Positions 17,933-26,979 of a stretch of DNA of 64,000 nt are shown piece after piece. The translations under genes were made by a program, and so were the position numbers. The notes beneath the pieces were generated by a model that worked only from the letters and a program-made list of their open reading frames with translations, was not told where the DNA came from and did no database searches. Origin of the DNA: an uncultured delta proteobacterium (GTDB lineage: Bacteria; Myxococcota; Myxococcia; Myxococcales; 40CM-4-68-19). The stretch is from the NCBI GenBank assembly GCA_903911145.1, contig CAIWCD010000013.1, positions 1-64,000 on the forward strand, in the 5' to 3' direction. Position 1 is the first letter of the stretch. Every line of letters starts with the position of its first letter.

Positions 17933-20896
17933 CTATTGAACGGTGACGCCCACCATCGTCGAACCCATATTGTTCATCGAGACCAGCGCGGCCCCGTGCT
18001 GGCCCGGCACAGCCGTTGGCGGGATGGTCAGGGTTACGGTAACGGTTCCATTCGGCGCAACCACGCTGGTATTCAGTGAAGGCTGCGTCGCGAAATCGGC
18101 GGCATCAGCGTCCTGTACCCAGACGCCAAGTGATTGGCTTGACGTCTTCGAGGACCAACCCGTGACCGTAATGTGCACCTGCGAGCCGGGTGTGCCGGTG
18201 GCCATCGTCGCGGGGCCTACCAATGAATAGTAGGTATTCGCACTGTTCCACGGCTGACACGGCGGATTGTTTGCCTGCACGGCCTGGTTGGACCAGATCA
18301 ACTGGGCAACGTAATTACCGCTGCTGTAATAGGTCCCGAGCGTGGCGCAGAGATCACCAACCTCGCCGCCCTCATAGGTCCAGGGGTTCTGCGGATCCTG
18401 AAGCTGGTATGTGCCCGTGCGCGGATCGGTCGCCGCCTCGACCAGTTCGTGCGAAATCACCACCTCGACCGACTGCTGCTGCTGAAGCACCGTCCCTCCA
18501 TAGAGCGAGGCGCAGTCCGGGATAATCGCATAGCCGACCAGGTTGCCGAAGTGATCGGTGAAGTTCGTGTGATAGCCACCGAAGGTCTGGCAGAACGTCG
18601 AAGTATCGGCCCAGTTCGCCGGCAGCACGAGCGCGTAGACATTGTTGGTGGCAAACGCAGGGAGAACGCCCGCATTCAAGAGCGACTGCAGGTATTCGGG
18701 GAAGGCATTGGCATTGGAGCCCGTGTTGATCGGCGCCGGATATGTGCTCGAGCTGACGTGGACAGACTGCGCGGTGCCATTTCCGATTCCATACTCTCCG
18801 GCGGCCGCGGGCAGATATCCACCCGTCGTGATCCAGGTGCCGTACTGGTCGAGCACGGTGGCGTTGCTGTCGTTATCAAATGTAATCGTCACCAGATTCG
18901 GACTCGCGATCACCGGTCCATTCGCCTGGTTCGGAACCGTGGGCCAACCCGCGCTGCTGGTCGAACCGATCACCACGCCCGTCGCGGGCGCGAAGAGCGG
19001 GCTCATCACCGGAATCGAACTATAGGGAAGAGCCCCGAGCAGCGGCGTCGCCGCGCTGTATCCGGGTTGCGATATCGCGGCGATCACAGCGACATATTCA
19101 CCATTCTCCTCCAATATCCCCTGCGGGATCTGCAGCGAGGTCTGCGTGCCCGGTACGGTGAAATAGCCGACTGAGTAAGGATATGAACCGCGGAACAGCT
19201 GCATGATATTGACGCCATATGACGTCGCCGTGCCCGTCTGCGGCGGGGTCCAATAGAGAGTTGGCGTCAACCCGACATTTGGCGTGCTCGCCGTCAGATT
19301 CTGCGCGTTGATTCTCAGGCTGGAGACGGCCCCGACCGACGGCGCAAGCACGGGCGCGGTGGTCCCATCGAACTCCGCCTCGGCCAGCAGCATCGTCGAG
19401 ACATCTTGCGTCGCAGAGCGACCCAGTTGGGTATAGGTGGCGACGACCGTCTCCTGCGCCTCGACGACCAGCGGCCAGCTCGACGGAAATGGATTGATCC
19501 AGCTGTATTGAACCGGGACGTCGCTCGCACTGGGACTGAGCGAGACGACCATGAGGTCTGGATCTCCGCTGAAGAATCCGCCGTTCGTTGAGCCCTGCAG
19601 CAGGGCATCGACGTAGATCAGATCGCCAGCAACCGTGGAGCCGAGCGGGCGGACCGAGGCAAACGCGCTGTTGGGATAATCGACGTTGATATGCTGCTGC
19701 GTGCCTGCGTCGGTGAACACCTGATTCACGACGTTGCCTGACGAGCCTTGAACCATGGTCAGGTTCGTCGAGACAAACGCCTCCGCGACTACGCTCGCCG
19801 CGGTGATTGATCCACTGACCGGCTGGCTCACGAGGTGCGTGACATAGAGCGCATCGCCCTTGGTTGAATCAACCAACCCGCCCTCGGGAGCCGGACTGAC
19901 CGCAGTCAAGATCGCGTGATAATCGACGCCCGCATCCAGCGTCGTCGCGCCCGCGATTGGTGTCGCATAACCGAATCCGGCGAGATCGCCATAGGTCAAA
20001 CCAGCTCCTGCCGATACGAACTCGATATCGTCGCCGGTATGCCACGCAGACATTCTGCTCGACTGAAGAACAAGTCCGGTGCCGGCAGTCGGCCGAACCA
20101 CATTGGCGCGGCCCAGTTCATCGACGCTGAAATCAAGAGGGCCGCCATTGACGCCCGCATATGCGCTGCCGCCAACGGAAACGTACAGTTCGCCGCTCGG
20201 TGCGTGAGGAATCGAAAAGCCGCCGTCCGCATTCCCGACGCCTTCGTAGAAGAATGAATTGGATATCGCCCGAATCGGAGTATTCGACAGGTCGGGGATC
20301 ACCGTGGTCGTCGCGCCGTTATTGAGGAAGTATTGGAGCGCGCGCCCGTTGATTGTATTGCCGCCGCCGCTTCCTCCTGCTGCGCCGCCGCCGCTTCCGC
20401 CCGCTACGCCGCCACCGCTTCCGCCTGCCGCGCCGCCGCCGCTTCCGCCCGCTACGCCGCCGCCGCTTCCGCCCGCTACGCCGCCGCCGCTTCCTCCCGC
20501 TACGCCGCCACCGCTTCCGCCTGCCGCGCCGCCGCCGCTTCCGCCCGCTACGCCGCCGCCGCTTCCTCCTGCTGCGCCGCCGCCGCTTCCTCCCGCGCAC
20601 CAGGCTGCGATCTGTGCCTTGCACGCGACGCTCGCCGAGGACGACTGGTTGGACTGATCGAAGTCACAGGTCTGCGCGCCAAACTGTTCACTGAGCACGG
20701 TATCGCTGCCGGTCGAGCAGATGAGAAAGGTCTTGCTCGGCTGATCGGTGCACATCGCCGACGAACATCCCGGGGCGCTGCCGCCGCAGCCCATTGCACT
20801 CAACGCGAGTCCGAGCGCGAGAGGAAGGAGCGCTGTTGAAAAGGCGGGGTGACCCGATACATCGAACGAGCTGCCGGCGTGAACACGATTGTTCAT
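17933..20896 (-). CDS. Large lipoprotein: Gly-rich linker, beta-rich middle, C-terminal Phi-1/EXORDIUM-like domain
   Basis: Lipobox AMGC; GGSGGG(A/V)A x10; GGYH...GYAIIP...SHELVEAATDP...GEVGDLC...QLIWSN...C. Confidence 0.82.
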   Translation of the reverse strand: MNNRVHAGSSFDVSGHPAFSTALLPLALGLALSAMGCGGSAPGCSSAMCTDQPSKTFLICSTGSDTVLSEQFGAQTCDFDQSNQSSSASVACKAQIAAWCAGGSGGGAAGGSGGGVAGGSGGGAAGGSGGGVAGGSGGGVAGGSGGGVAGGSGGGAAGGSGGGVAGGSGGGAAGGSGGGNTINGRALQYFLNNGATTTVIPDLSNTPIRAISNSFFYEGVGNADGGFSIPHAPSGELYVSVGGSAYAGVNGGPLDFSVDELGRANVVRPTAGTGLVLQSSRMSAWHTGDDIEFVSAGAGLTYGDLAGFGYATPIAGATTLDAGVDYHAILTAVSPAPEGGLVDSTKGDALYVTHLVSQPVSGSITAASVVAEAFVSTNLTMVQGSSGNVVNQVFTDAGTQQHINVDYPNSAFASVRPLGSTVAGDLIYVDALLQGSTNGGFFSGDPDLMVVSLSPSASDVPVQYSWINPFPSSWPLVVEAQETVVATYTQLGRSATQDVSTMLLAEAEFDGTTAPVLAPSVGAVSSLRINAQNLTASTPNVGLTPTLYWTPPQTGTATSYGVNIMQLFRGSYPYSVGYFTVPGTQTSLQIPQGILEENGEYVAVIAAISQPGYSAATPLLGALPYSSIPVMSPLFAPATGVVIGSTSSAGWPTVPNQANGPVIASPNLVTITFDNDSNATVLDQYGTWITTGGYLPAAAGEYGIGNGTAQSVHVSSSTYPAPINTGSNANAFPEYLQSLLNAGVLPAFATNNVYALVLPANWADTSTFCQTFGGYHTNFTDHFGNLVGYAIIPDCASLYGGTVLQQQQSVEVVISHELVEAATDPRTGTYQLQDPQNPWTYEGGEVGDLCATLGTYYSSGNYVAQLIWSNQAVQANNPPCQPWNSANTYYSLVGPATMATGTPGSQVHITVTGWSSKTSSQSLGVWVQDADAADFATQPSLNTSVVAPNGTVTVTLTIPPTAVPGQHGAALVSMNNMGSTMVGVTVQ
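20360..20596 (-). repeat. 24-bp tandem coding repeat x10 (GGSGGG[A/V]A)
   Basis: Visible ccgccgccgcttccgcccgctacg-type units. Confidence 0.92.
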
Positions 20897-20995
20897 CGAC
20901 CCCTCTTGAATGCTCTGGCGCACGAGCAGCGGCGCAGCCTGTTAGCACGGTTCAGGCTGCCGCTGGTCGGAGGGGCGCGGATTCACGCCCAGGCG

Positions 20996-21553
20996 TTAAT
21001 GAGCGGGATCGAGCTTCCGGTTGTATTGGTTCGCCGCGTCGACCGCCTGCTCATAGCTGAGCACGTGATCGCCCAGGTGCAGATCGGAGTATCCGATCGC
21101 CGCGCCGCCCGCGAGCGAACTGATCAGCCCGACGCCGGCGACAATCAGCGACGAGATCATCAGCCCCTCTGCGTGCTTGTTCTGGTTGTGCAGCTGCATT
21201 TCCCGAATACCGATTGCAGTGCCCCCACCTCCTGCGAGCAGCGCCGAACCAGCGCCGAGCAGCCAACCGCCGACGGTCCCGAGATTCACCCAGCTCTCGC
21301 GCTTATCCTGAATCTGCTTCGCGACCTCAGGCTGCCCGGCGATTCGATAGAACGCCGCCTCGTCGATATCGCTGGCCCCTTGCACTGGATTCCAGAAGGC
21401 CGCGTCGTGGATGACCGGAATGGGCAACGACTTCAAATTGGCCCCTCGGTCCGTAATGACGTCGAGGCGCTCACCGGTTGAGTGGGTTCCGGCGAATGGC
21501 GCAGTCGCGCAGGCGCAGGTAGCAAGGCAGAGGACGGCGGCCAGAGATTTCAT
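20996..21553 (-). CDS. Hypothetical membrane lipoprotein
   Basis: MKSLAAVLCLATCAC signal after GGGAG, two C-terminal hydrophobic helices. Confidence 0.75.
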   Translation of the reverse strand: MKSLAAVLCLATCACATAPFAGTHSTGERLDVITDRGANLKSLPIPVIHDAAFWNPVQGASDIDEAAFYRIAGQPEVAKQIQDKRESWVNLGTVGGWLLGAGSALLAGGGGTAIGIREMQLHNQNKHAEGLMISSLIVAGVGLISSLAGGAAIGYSDLHLGDHVLSYEQAVDAANQYNRKLDPAH

Positions 21554-21811
21554 TGCAGCTCCCGCGAAAGCGTCCCCCAGCAACGGGGAACATCGAGCAG
21601 AGAGCAAAGCAGCAGCCGTGCCAGCCACAAAGAGCGTCGCTTCAGAGTGAAGCTGCGCGACCGGGCAGCTTTCTGGCGTCAGGGGTATGTCATTTTGCGT
21701 CACGGTCACTGCGCTCCCGGCTGGGCTGCGAGCGCAGTGACAACATGTCGCAAAGAATCGACAGGTCAAAAACTGGCGGCGGTGCCGGCGCTGGAGAGTA
21801 ATGCGCCCACT

Positions 21812-21970
21812 ATGCGAAAAATCATCCTGCTGACCATCGCCGTCGTCACCGTCTTCTCCCTCGATTTCTTCATGGCCCGTCCGCACAAGATGGCGGCCAC
21901 GCACAACGACTTGAGCCGCTCGTTTACGTTCGAGCCGGTTGACGTTGGCGGGCACTCGTCGGCCGATTAG
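21812..21970 (+). CDS. Small (52 aa) exported or membrane peptide
   Basis: MRKIILLTIAVVTVFSLDFF hydrophobic N-terminus; fills gap between genes. Confidence 0.45.
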   Translation: MRKIILLTIAVVTVFSLDFFMARPHKMAATHNDLSRSFTFEPVDVGGHSSAD

Positions 21971-22671
21971 GGCGCCGCAATCGGTCCAGCCGCGGCCGCC
22001 CGGAGATCCGCGACGGTGCGCCCTGCCCGCGCAATGTCTGCCTCGTGGCTCTCCTCCCGATACGTCTCGGCGAGCGCGTCCTGATACCAGGCCTGCATTG
22101 CAGGCAATGCGATCAGGCGCTCGACATATCCGCGTGCCGCCGGCGCGAGCGTAAGCCCATAGGTCTGAACGCGGAACGCGACTGGGCAATAGAAGGCGTC
22201 AACAGCAGTAAATACCTGCCCGGCGAGATATGGACCGCCGAATCGCGCGAGGCCATCGAGCCAGAGCGATTCAAGCCTCGCCAGATCGGCCTGCGGCGCG
22301 CCTCCGGGCGCTTTCAACTCCACGCGCAATCCGCAATTCATCGAGCAATCCGAGCGCAGCGCACCGAACGATGAATGCATCTCCGCCGCGGCCGCACGCG
22401 CCCAGGCCCGCGCGCCCTTCTCCTGCGGCCAGACGCTCGGATGATCTTCGGCAACGGTCTCGGTGATCGCGAGCGAGTCCCAGACGGTCAGCGCGCCATC
22501 CACCAGACACGGAACCCTTCCCGATGGAGAGAAGCGCTTGAACGATGGACTCCCTCCCGGCTCAAACGGCACAAATCGTTCGGTGAAGGGGATCCCGAGC
22601 GTGCGCAGCAACACCCACGGACGCAGCGACCAGGACGAATAGTTCCGATTGCCGATATAGAGTTCGGACAT
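21967..22671 (-). CDS. Glutathione S-transferase family protein
   Basis: IGNRNYSSWSLRPW, SPSGRVPCL, WDSLAI, AEMHSSF, FTAVDAFYCPV. Confidence 0.95.
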   Translation of the reverse strand: MSELYIGNRNYSSWSLRPWVLLRTLGIPFTERFVPFEPGGSPSFKRFSPSGRVPCLVDGALTVWDSLAITETVAEDHPSVWPQEKGARAWARAAAAEMHSSFGALRSDCSMNCGLRVELKAPGGAPQADLARLESLWLDGLARFGGPYLAGQVFTAVDAFYCPVAFRVQTYGLTLAPAARGYVERLIALPAMQAWYQDALAETYREESHEADIARAGRTVADLRAAAAGPIAAP

Positions 22672-22716
22672 GCTTCCGCGATACCACGGCAGAGGCTCCG
22701 TGATATCGATTTACCG

Positions 22717-23841
22717 ATGGCCTTCCGCGCGCTCCTCCTCACACTGGTCTGTGCTCTCGTCGCCGCTGCCTGCGGACACCAGGGAGCGCAGTACGGCGGC
22801 ACGCTCTTGATCGACCAACCGCTGCTGCTCTCCGGAAGCGACAGCAAGGTCTTCGACAACCTCGACATCACCATCCGCGCGCCAATCACCGTGAGCGGAA
22901 ACGCCACGCTCACCATCACCAATTCACGTCTGACGTGGGACCAGCAATATCACCAGCAGTATCGCCTCGCGGTGCAGGATCAATCCCGGTTCGCGCTCAA
23001 GAACGTCATCACGCAGACGCTGCGCGGCCTGTGGATCAACTGGGACTTCAAGGGCAGCGCGGATATCTCCGAGATCGGCGTCACGCGCGATGTGCTCTGG
23101 CAATCGGCGACAGACAGCGTCAACTTCGTCGCCGATCAAAGCGATATCGGGCTCACGATCTTCGGATGGAGCGACGCGTCCGGCAACCGCGTCTCCGCGA
23201 CCAATTCGAAGGTCTATTACGAGTTGATTCCCTTGCCCGGCACGTATGATTTTTCGCTCCCGAATGAAGGACCGGTGGCCTCCTGGACGGCCTCATTCCT
23301 CGGCAACGTTTCGATGACCAATTCGATCGTCACCAAGATCGATTTCGACCTGCAGAACGCGACCAACATCACCATCCGCGACTCGAACAACATCTCGATT
23401 GGATGGATCCTCAATTTCACGGGCGATGGGCTCGCCTATTCAACCGCGGGGATCCAGAATCGCCATTACGCCGATCAATCCTGGACCGTCGGCGATTCAA
23501 CGCTGCGCATCGTCAATACCAACGTCGCGTCGTTCTGGCCGATCGCCTATGGCAACTTCACCTGGAACATCTCCGACTCGACGATGGTTGATGTGCGCGC
23601 ATATGGCCAGGTACATACGACCTACAGCAACTGCTCCTTCTTCTCCATCTCCGGATATGACCAGGCGCACCTCGAGTTGAACGACTCCTCGGTGCAGAAC
23701 AACGCGCTCGCCTCGGGAACGTCGGTCATCCAGCTCAATCACGTCACGACCGATCCATCCCAATTCTTCTATACGCTGCTCGATCAGGGCTCGATCTTTC
23801 GCGATGGCGTGCAGATCCCTGCATCGACCTCGCCGCCTTAA
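22717..23841 (+). CDS. Lipoprotein, probable beta-helix fold
   Basis: Lipobox AAAC; Asn/Ser/Ile-rich short strands (LTITNS, ITIRDS, WNISDS). Confidence 0.72.
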   Translation: MAFRALLLTLVCALVAAACGHQGAQYGGTLLIDQPLLLSGSDSKVFDNLDITIRAPITVSGNATLTITNSRLTWDQQYHQQYRLAVQDQSRFALKNVITQTLRGLWINWDFKGSADISEIGVTRDVLWQSATDSVNFVADQSDIGLTIFGWSDASGNRVSATNSKVYYELIPLPGTYDFSLPNEGPVASWTASFLGNVSMTNSIVTKIDFDLQNATNITIRDSNNISIGWILNFTGDGLAYSTAGIQNRHYADQSWTVGDSTLRIVNTNVASFWPIAYGNFTWNISDSTMVDVRAYGQVHTTYSNCSFFSISGYDQAHLELNDSSVQNNALASGTSVIQLNHVTTDPSQFFYTLLDQGSIFRDGVQIPASTSPP

Positions 23842-23850
23842 GCAGCTAGG

Positions 23851-24918
23851 ATGACCGCAATGAATCCAGGCAATCCGCTGGGAAAGATCGCCGTGTTGAT
23901 ACCGGCGCACCAGCCGACCAACGATCTCCTTCCGCTCGTCCATGCGCTCACGGCCGCGGAGTTCGGCGCGATCATCATCGTCGACGACGGCAGCCGCGCT
24001 GAGTTTCGTCCGCTCTTCGCCACGCTCGCCGCGATCGGGCGCGTCACGCTGCTTCGCCACGCGGTCAATCTCGGCAAGGGGCGCGCACTGAAGACGGGCA
24101 TCAATCATTTCCTCTCCGAAATGCCAGACGCCACAGGCCTCGTCACCGCCGACGCGGATGGCCAGCACGCAGCCGACGACATCGTCCGCGTCGCTGAGGC
24201 GCTCCACCATTCACCCGATCGCCTCGTCCTCGGAGCACGCACCTTCTCGCCCGACGTGCCGCTGCGCAGCCGCGTTGGAAACGAAGCCACGCGGAAGATC
24301 TTCGGATTCGTCACGGGCCGCAAATTGATGGATACCCAGACCGGGCTGCGCGCGTTTCCGACTGCGATGCTCCCTGGGTTAATCGCGCTCGATGGCGAGC
24401 GTTATGAATACGAAATGACGGTCCTCGCGCACGTCTGTCGCGGGCCGCTCGCGCCGATCGAAGTCCCGATCCGCACCATCTACATCGAGGGAAATCGCTC
24501 ATCGCATTTCGACCCGATCCGCGATTCGATGCGCATCTACTTCGTGCTGCTGCGCTTCTATTTCTCTTCAATCATCGCAGCGGGCGTTGATATCGGCGTC
24601 TTCTCCATCGCGCAGCATTTCACCGGCAACGTCCTCGCGAGCCAGGTGATCGGCCGCCTCAGCTCGCTCGTGAACTTCGAGTTGAACAAGAGAATGGTCT
24701 TCAACAGCAAGATGTCCACGCGCCAGACGATCTGGAGATACTACCTGCTCGTCGCGGCGATCGGCTCGATCTCGTATCTGATGATTCAACTGCTCACCAC
24801 GCGGCTGCATTGGAATCTTTATGGCTCAAAGCTGTTCGTCGATACCGGCCTGTCTCTGGTGAGCTTCTCGGTGCAGCGCACGTTCGTCTTCCGCGAGCGG
24901 CGCGAGCTGACCGATTAG
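23851..24918 (+). CDS. Bifunctional glycosyltransferase family 2 / GtrA-like flippase
   Basis: VLIPA, VDDGS, NLGKGRALKTG, DADGQH, DTQTGLR, RYEYE; four C-terminal TM helices. Confidence 0.92.
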   Translation: MTAMNPGNPLGKIAVLIPAHQPTNDLLPLVHALTAAEFGAIIIVDDGSRAEFRPLFATLAAIGRVTLLRHAVNLGKGRALKTGINHFLSEMPDATGLVTADADGQHAADDIVRVAEALHHSPDRLVLGARTFSPDVPLRSRVGNEATRKIFGFVTGRKLMDTQTGLRAFPTAMLPGLIALDGERYEYEMTVLAHVCRGPLAPIEVPIRTIYIEGNRSSHFDPIRDSMRIYFVLLRFYFSSIIAAGVDIGVFSIAQHFTGNVLASQVIGRLSSLVNFELNKRMVFNSKMSTRQTIWRYYLLVAAIGSISYLMIQLLTTRLHWNLYGSKLFVDTGLSLVSFSVQRTFVFRERRELTD

Positions 24919-24924
24919 ACCGCG

Positions 24925-26925
24925 TTAATGTTTCGCGGTCTTCTTCCCGTCGACGGCCCAGGCGAGATTGTTCTTCGCCAATTGAAAATCGGGGCGCAGC
25001 GCGATCGCCTTCTGTGCCGCAGCGATCGCCTCGTCCCAATGCTGCTGCTCCGCTTCGGCCGCGGCGATGTTGTTATAGGCCTCGGCTGAACTGGCATCGA
25101 TCGCCGCCGCCTTGTTCGCGGAAACGATGCTCTCCTTGAACTGTTTCTGCTGGTATTGACGCAGCGACAGTTCAATCCAATACCGAGCGCTTTCGTTTGA
25201 ATGGTGCGCGAGCAGATCCTTCGCCGTCTGATCTTCCGCGGAGAGCTGCAGCACGCCCATGGCCACCGCGCGCGCCGACGCGTCGTCGCCGAGCGCCGTA
25301 TCGATCTGCATCAGGAGATGCTGCTGCTCGAGACGCGATGGATTCAACGAGATCGCCGTCTCCGCCTCGACTTTTGCCTCTGCCAGCTTCTGGTGCCGGA
25401 AGAGTGTGCGCGCATAGTAGTAATGCGGCTCATCGGTCCCCGGGCTGAGTGCGATCGCCTGGTGGAAGTGCTGCTCCGATTCAGCAGGACGCTGCAACTC
25501 ATCGGTGACGATCCCGAGGTTGATCTCGATGGCCGAATAGGTCGGCGCCAGTTTCAATGCGCGGGTAAAGAGATCGAACGATCCGTTGTAATCCCCGCGG
25601 CCCATCAGGCAGAGCCCATAGTTCATCAGCCCGCGGGGATTGTTCGGACTCTTCTCGACATCGTCCTGCCAGAGCGTCTCTTCCGTACGCCAGACCTGGT
25701 TGCGCGCAAACGTGCCGCCCGCATAGCCGCAGAGGAGAACGAGCAATCCAAGCACCACTCTGCGACGCATCTGCGGAGCGCGCCCGCTCTTGGCTGCGCG
25801 CTCAATCATCTCCGTCACGCGCAGACCGACGGGCCACGCGACGGCGAGCGAAAGGCCGACAAACGAGAGATACATCCGGTGATCGTTCTCGACCTCGGCG
25901 AGCGCATAGAGCGAGGTCGGCAACTGGGTCAGGATGAACCAGACGATTCCGAACGAGACCGGCCGCAGTTTTGGCTGCCGCGCGGTGATCCGAGCGGTCA
26001 CAAAGAGCCCGATCACGAAGGCAAAGCCGAGCAGCATTCGACCATTCAGCGCGTCGAACGTCGGCAGGTCGGTATCGGCATTGAGATGAATCGGTAGGAT
26101 CAACTCAGCGGCGTAGCGCAACCAGACGTAGGGCTGCGTGAATCGGTAGCCCCAGGGAGAGCGGAAACTCGAGGTGAAACTCTTCGGCGTCATTGCCGAT
26201 TGCAACCAGAGCAGCGCGCCGCAGAGAAGCAATGAGGGAAGAACCTCGAGAAGCGCACGTTGCACGCGGCGGGCGCTCGGCTCAAAGAGCACCAGATAGA
26301 AGAACAGAATGAATGGATAGACGAACGCGGGCGGCTTCGAGAGCAGCGCGAAGGCGAACGGGAGCAGATGAATCTGCCATCGCCGCCACTGCGGACGCTG
26401 CACATAGATTGCGAGAGCGGCGACCACTCCGCAGGCGCTGAAGATATCGCCGCGCTGGATAATGTAATTCACCGTCTCGGCGATCGCCGGATGCAGGCCA
26501 TACCAGGCGACGCAGGCGAGCGCGATCATGCGGTTGCGCAGCGGCGCTTCCGGGCTCGTCTTGTCGAGCAGGCCGATGAACAACCAGGCCATCAGCGCGA
26601 GTTGCGCGAGGAAGACGAGGAAGGTCGAGAGGTGAAACCAGAAGGGGATATATCCGTGACCAAACGAGTAATCGAGCGCAAGCGCTGCGGAGACAAACGG
26701 GCGATAGGAGCGATTGGCGGGCAACACGCTGAACGTCGTCGCGTCCGTAAAGAAGCGCGGCAGGTTCGATAGGTCGCGGATATAGGGGTTATTGACGATC
26801 GTATGAAAATCGTCGAAGTGAAATCCGTTCTGGAAGTGATTGGCGTACGTTCCGCTGACGGCGAGGAGAATCACCAGCAGCAGAAGCGCGGGTCGTGTCT
26901 TCAGGAGGTCGCCGAGTCGATTCAC
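24925..26925 (-). CDS. TMTC-like GT-C membrane glycosyltransferase with C-terminal TPRs
   Basis: FHFDD loop, YRP, HP...ETVNYI..R, LLSK, HRMY, RNQVWRTEETLW, followed by TPR repeats. Confidence 0.85.
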   Translation of the reverse strand: MNRLGDLLKTRPALLLLVILLAVSGTYANHFQNGFHFDDFHTIVNNPYIRDLSNLPRFFTDATTFSVLPANRSYRPFVSAALALDYSFGHGYIPFWFHLSTFLVFLAQLALMAWLFIGLLDKTSPEAPLRNRMIALACVAWYGLHPAIAETVNYIIQRGDIFSACGVVAALAIYVQRPQWRRWQIHLLPFAFALLSKPPAFVYPFILFFYLVLFEPSARRVQRALLEVLPSLLLCGALLWLQSAMTPKSFTSSFRSPWGYRFTQPYVWLRYAAELILPIHLNADTDLPTFDALNGRMLLGFAFVIGLFVTARITARQPKLRPVSFGIVWFILTQLPTSLYALAEVENDHRMYLSFVGLSLAVAWPVGLRVTEMIERAAKSGRAPQMRRRVVLGLLVLLCGYAGGTFARNQVWRTEETLWQDDVEKSPNNPRGLMNYGLCLMGRGDYNGSFDLFTRALKLAPTYSAIEINLGIVTDELQRPAESEQHFHQAIALSPGTDEPHYYYARTLFRHQKLAEAKVEAETAISLNPSRLEQQHLLMQIDTALGDDASARAVAMGVLQLSAEDQTAKDLLAHHSNESARYWIELSLRQYQQKQFKESIVSANKAAAIDASSAEAYNNIAAAEAEQQHWDEAIAAAQKAIALRPDFQLAKNNLAWAVDGKKTAKH

Positions 26926-26979
26926 GGTGCGCTCTTCTCCGATACGCGCGCGTGCACGTCAACCCGCGAGCGGTTCGAC

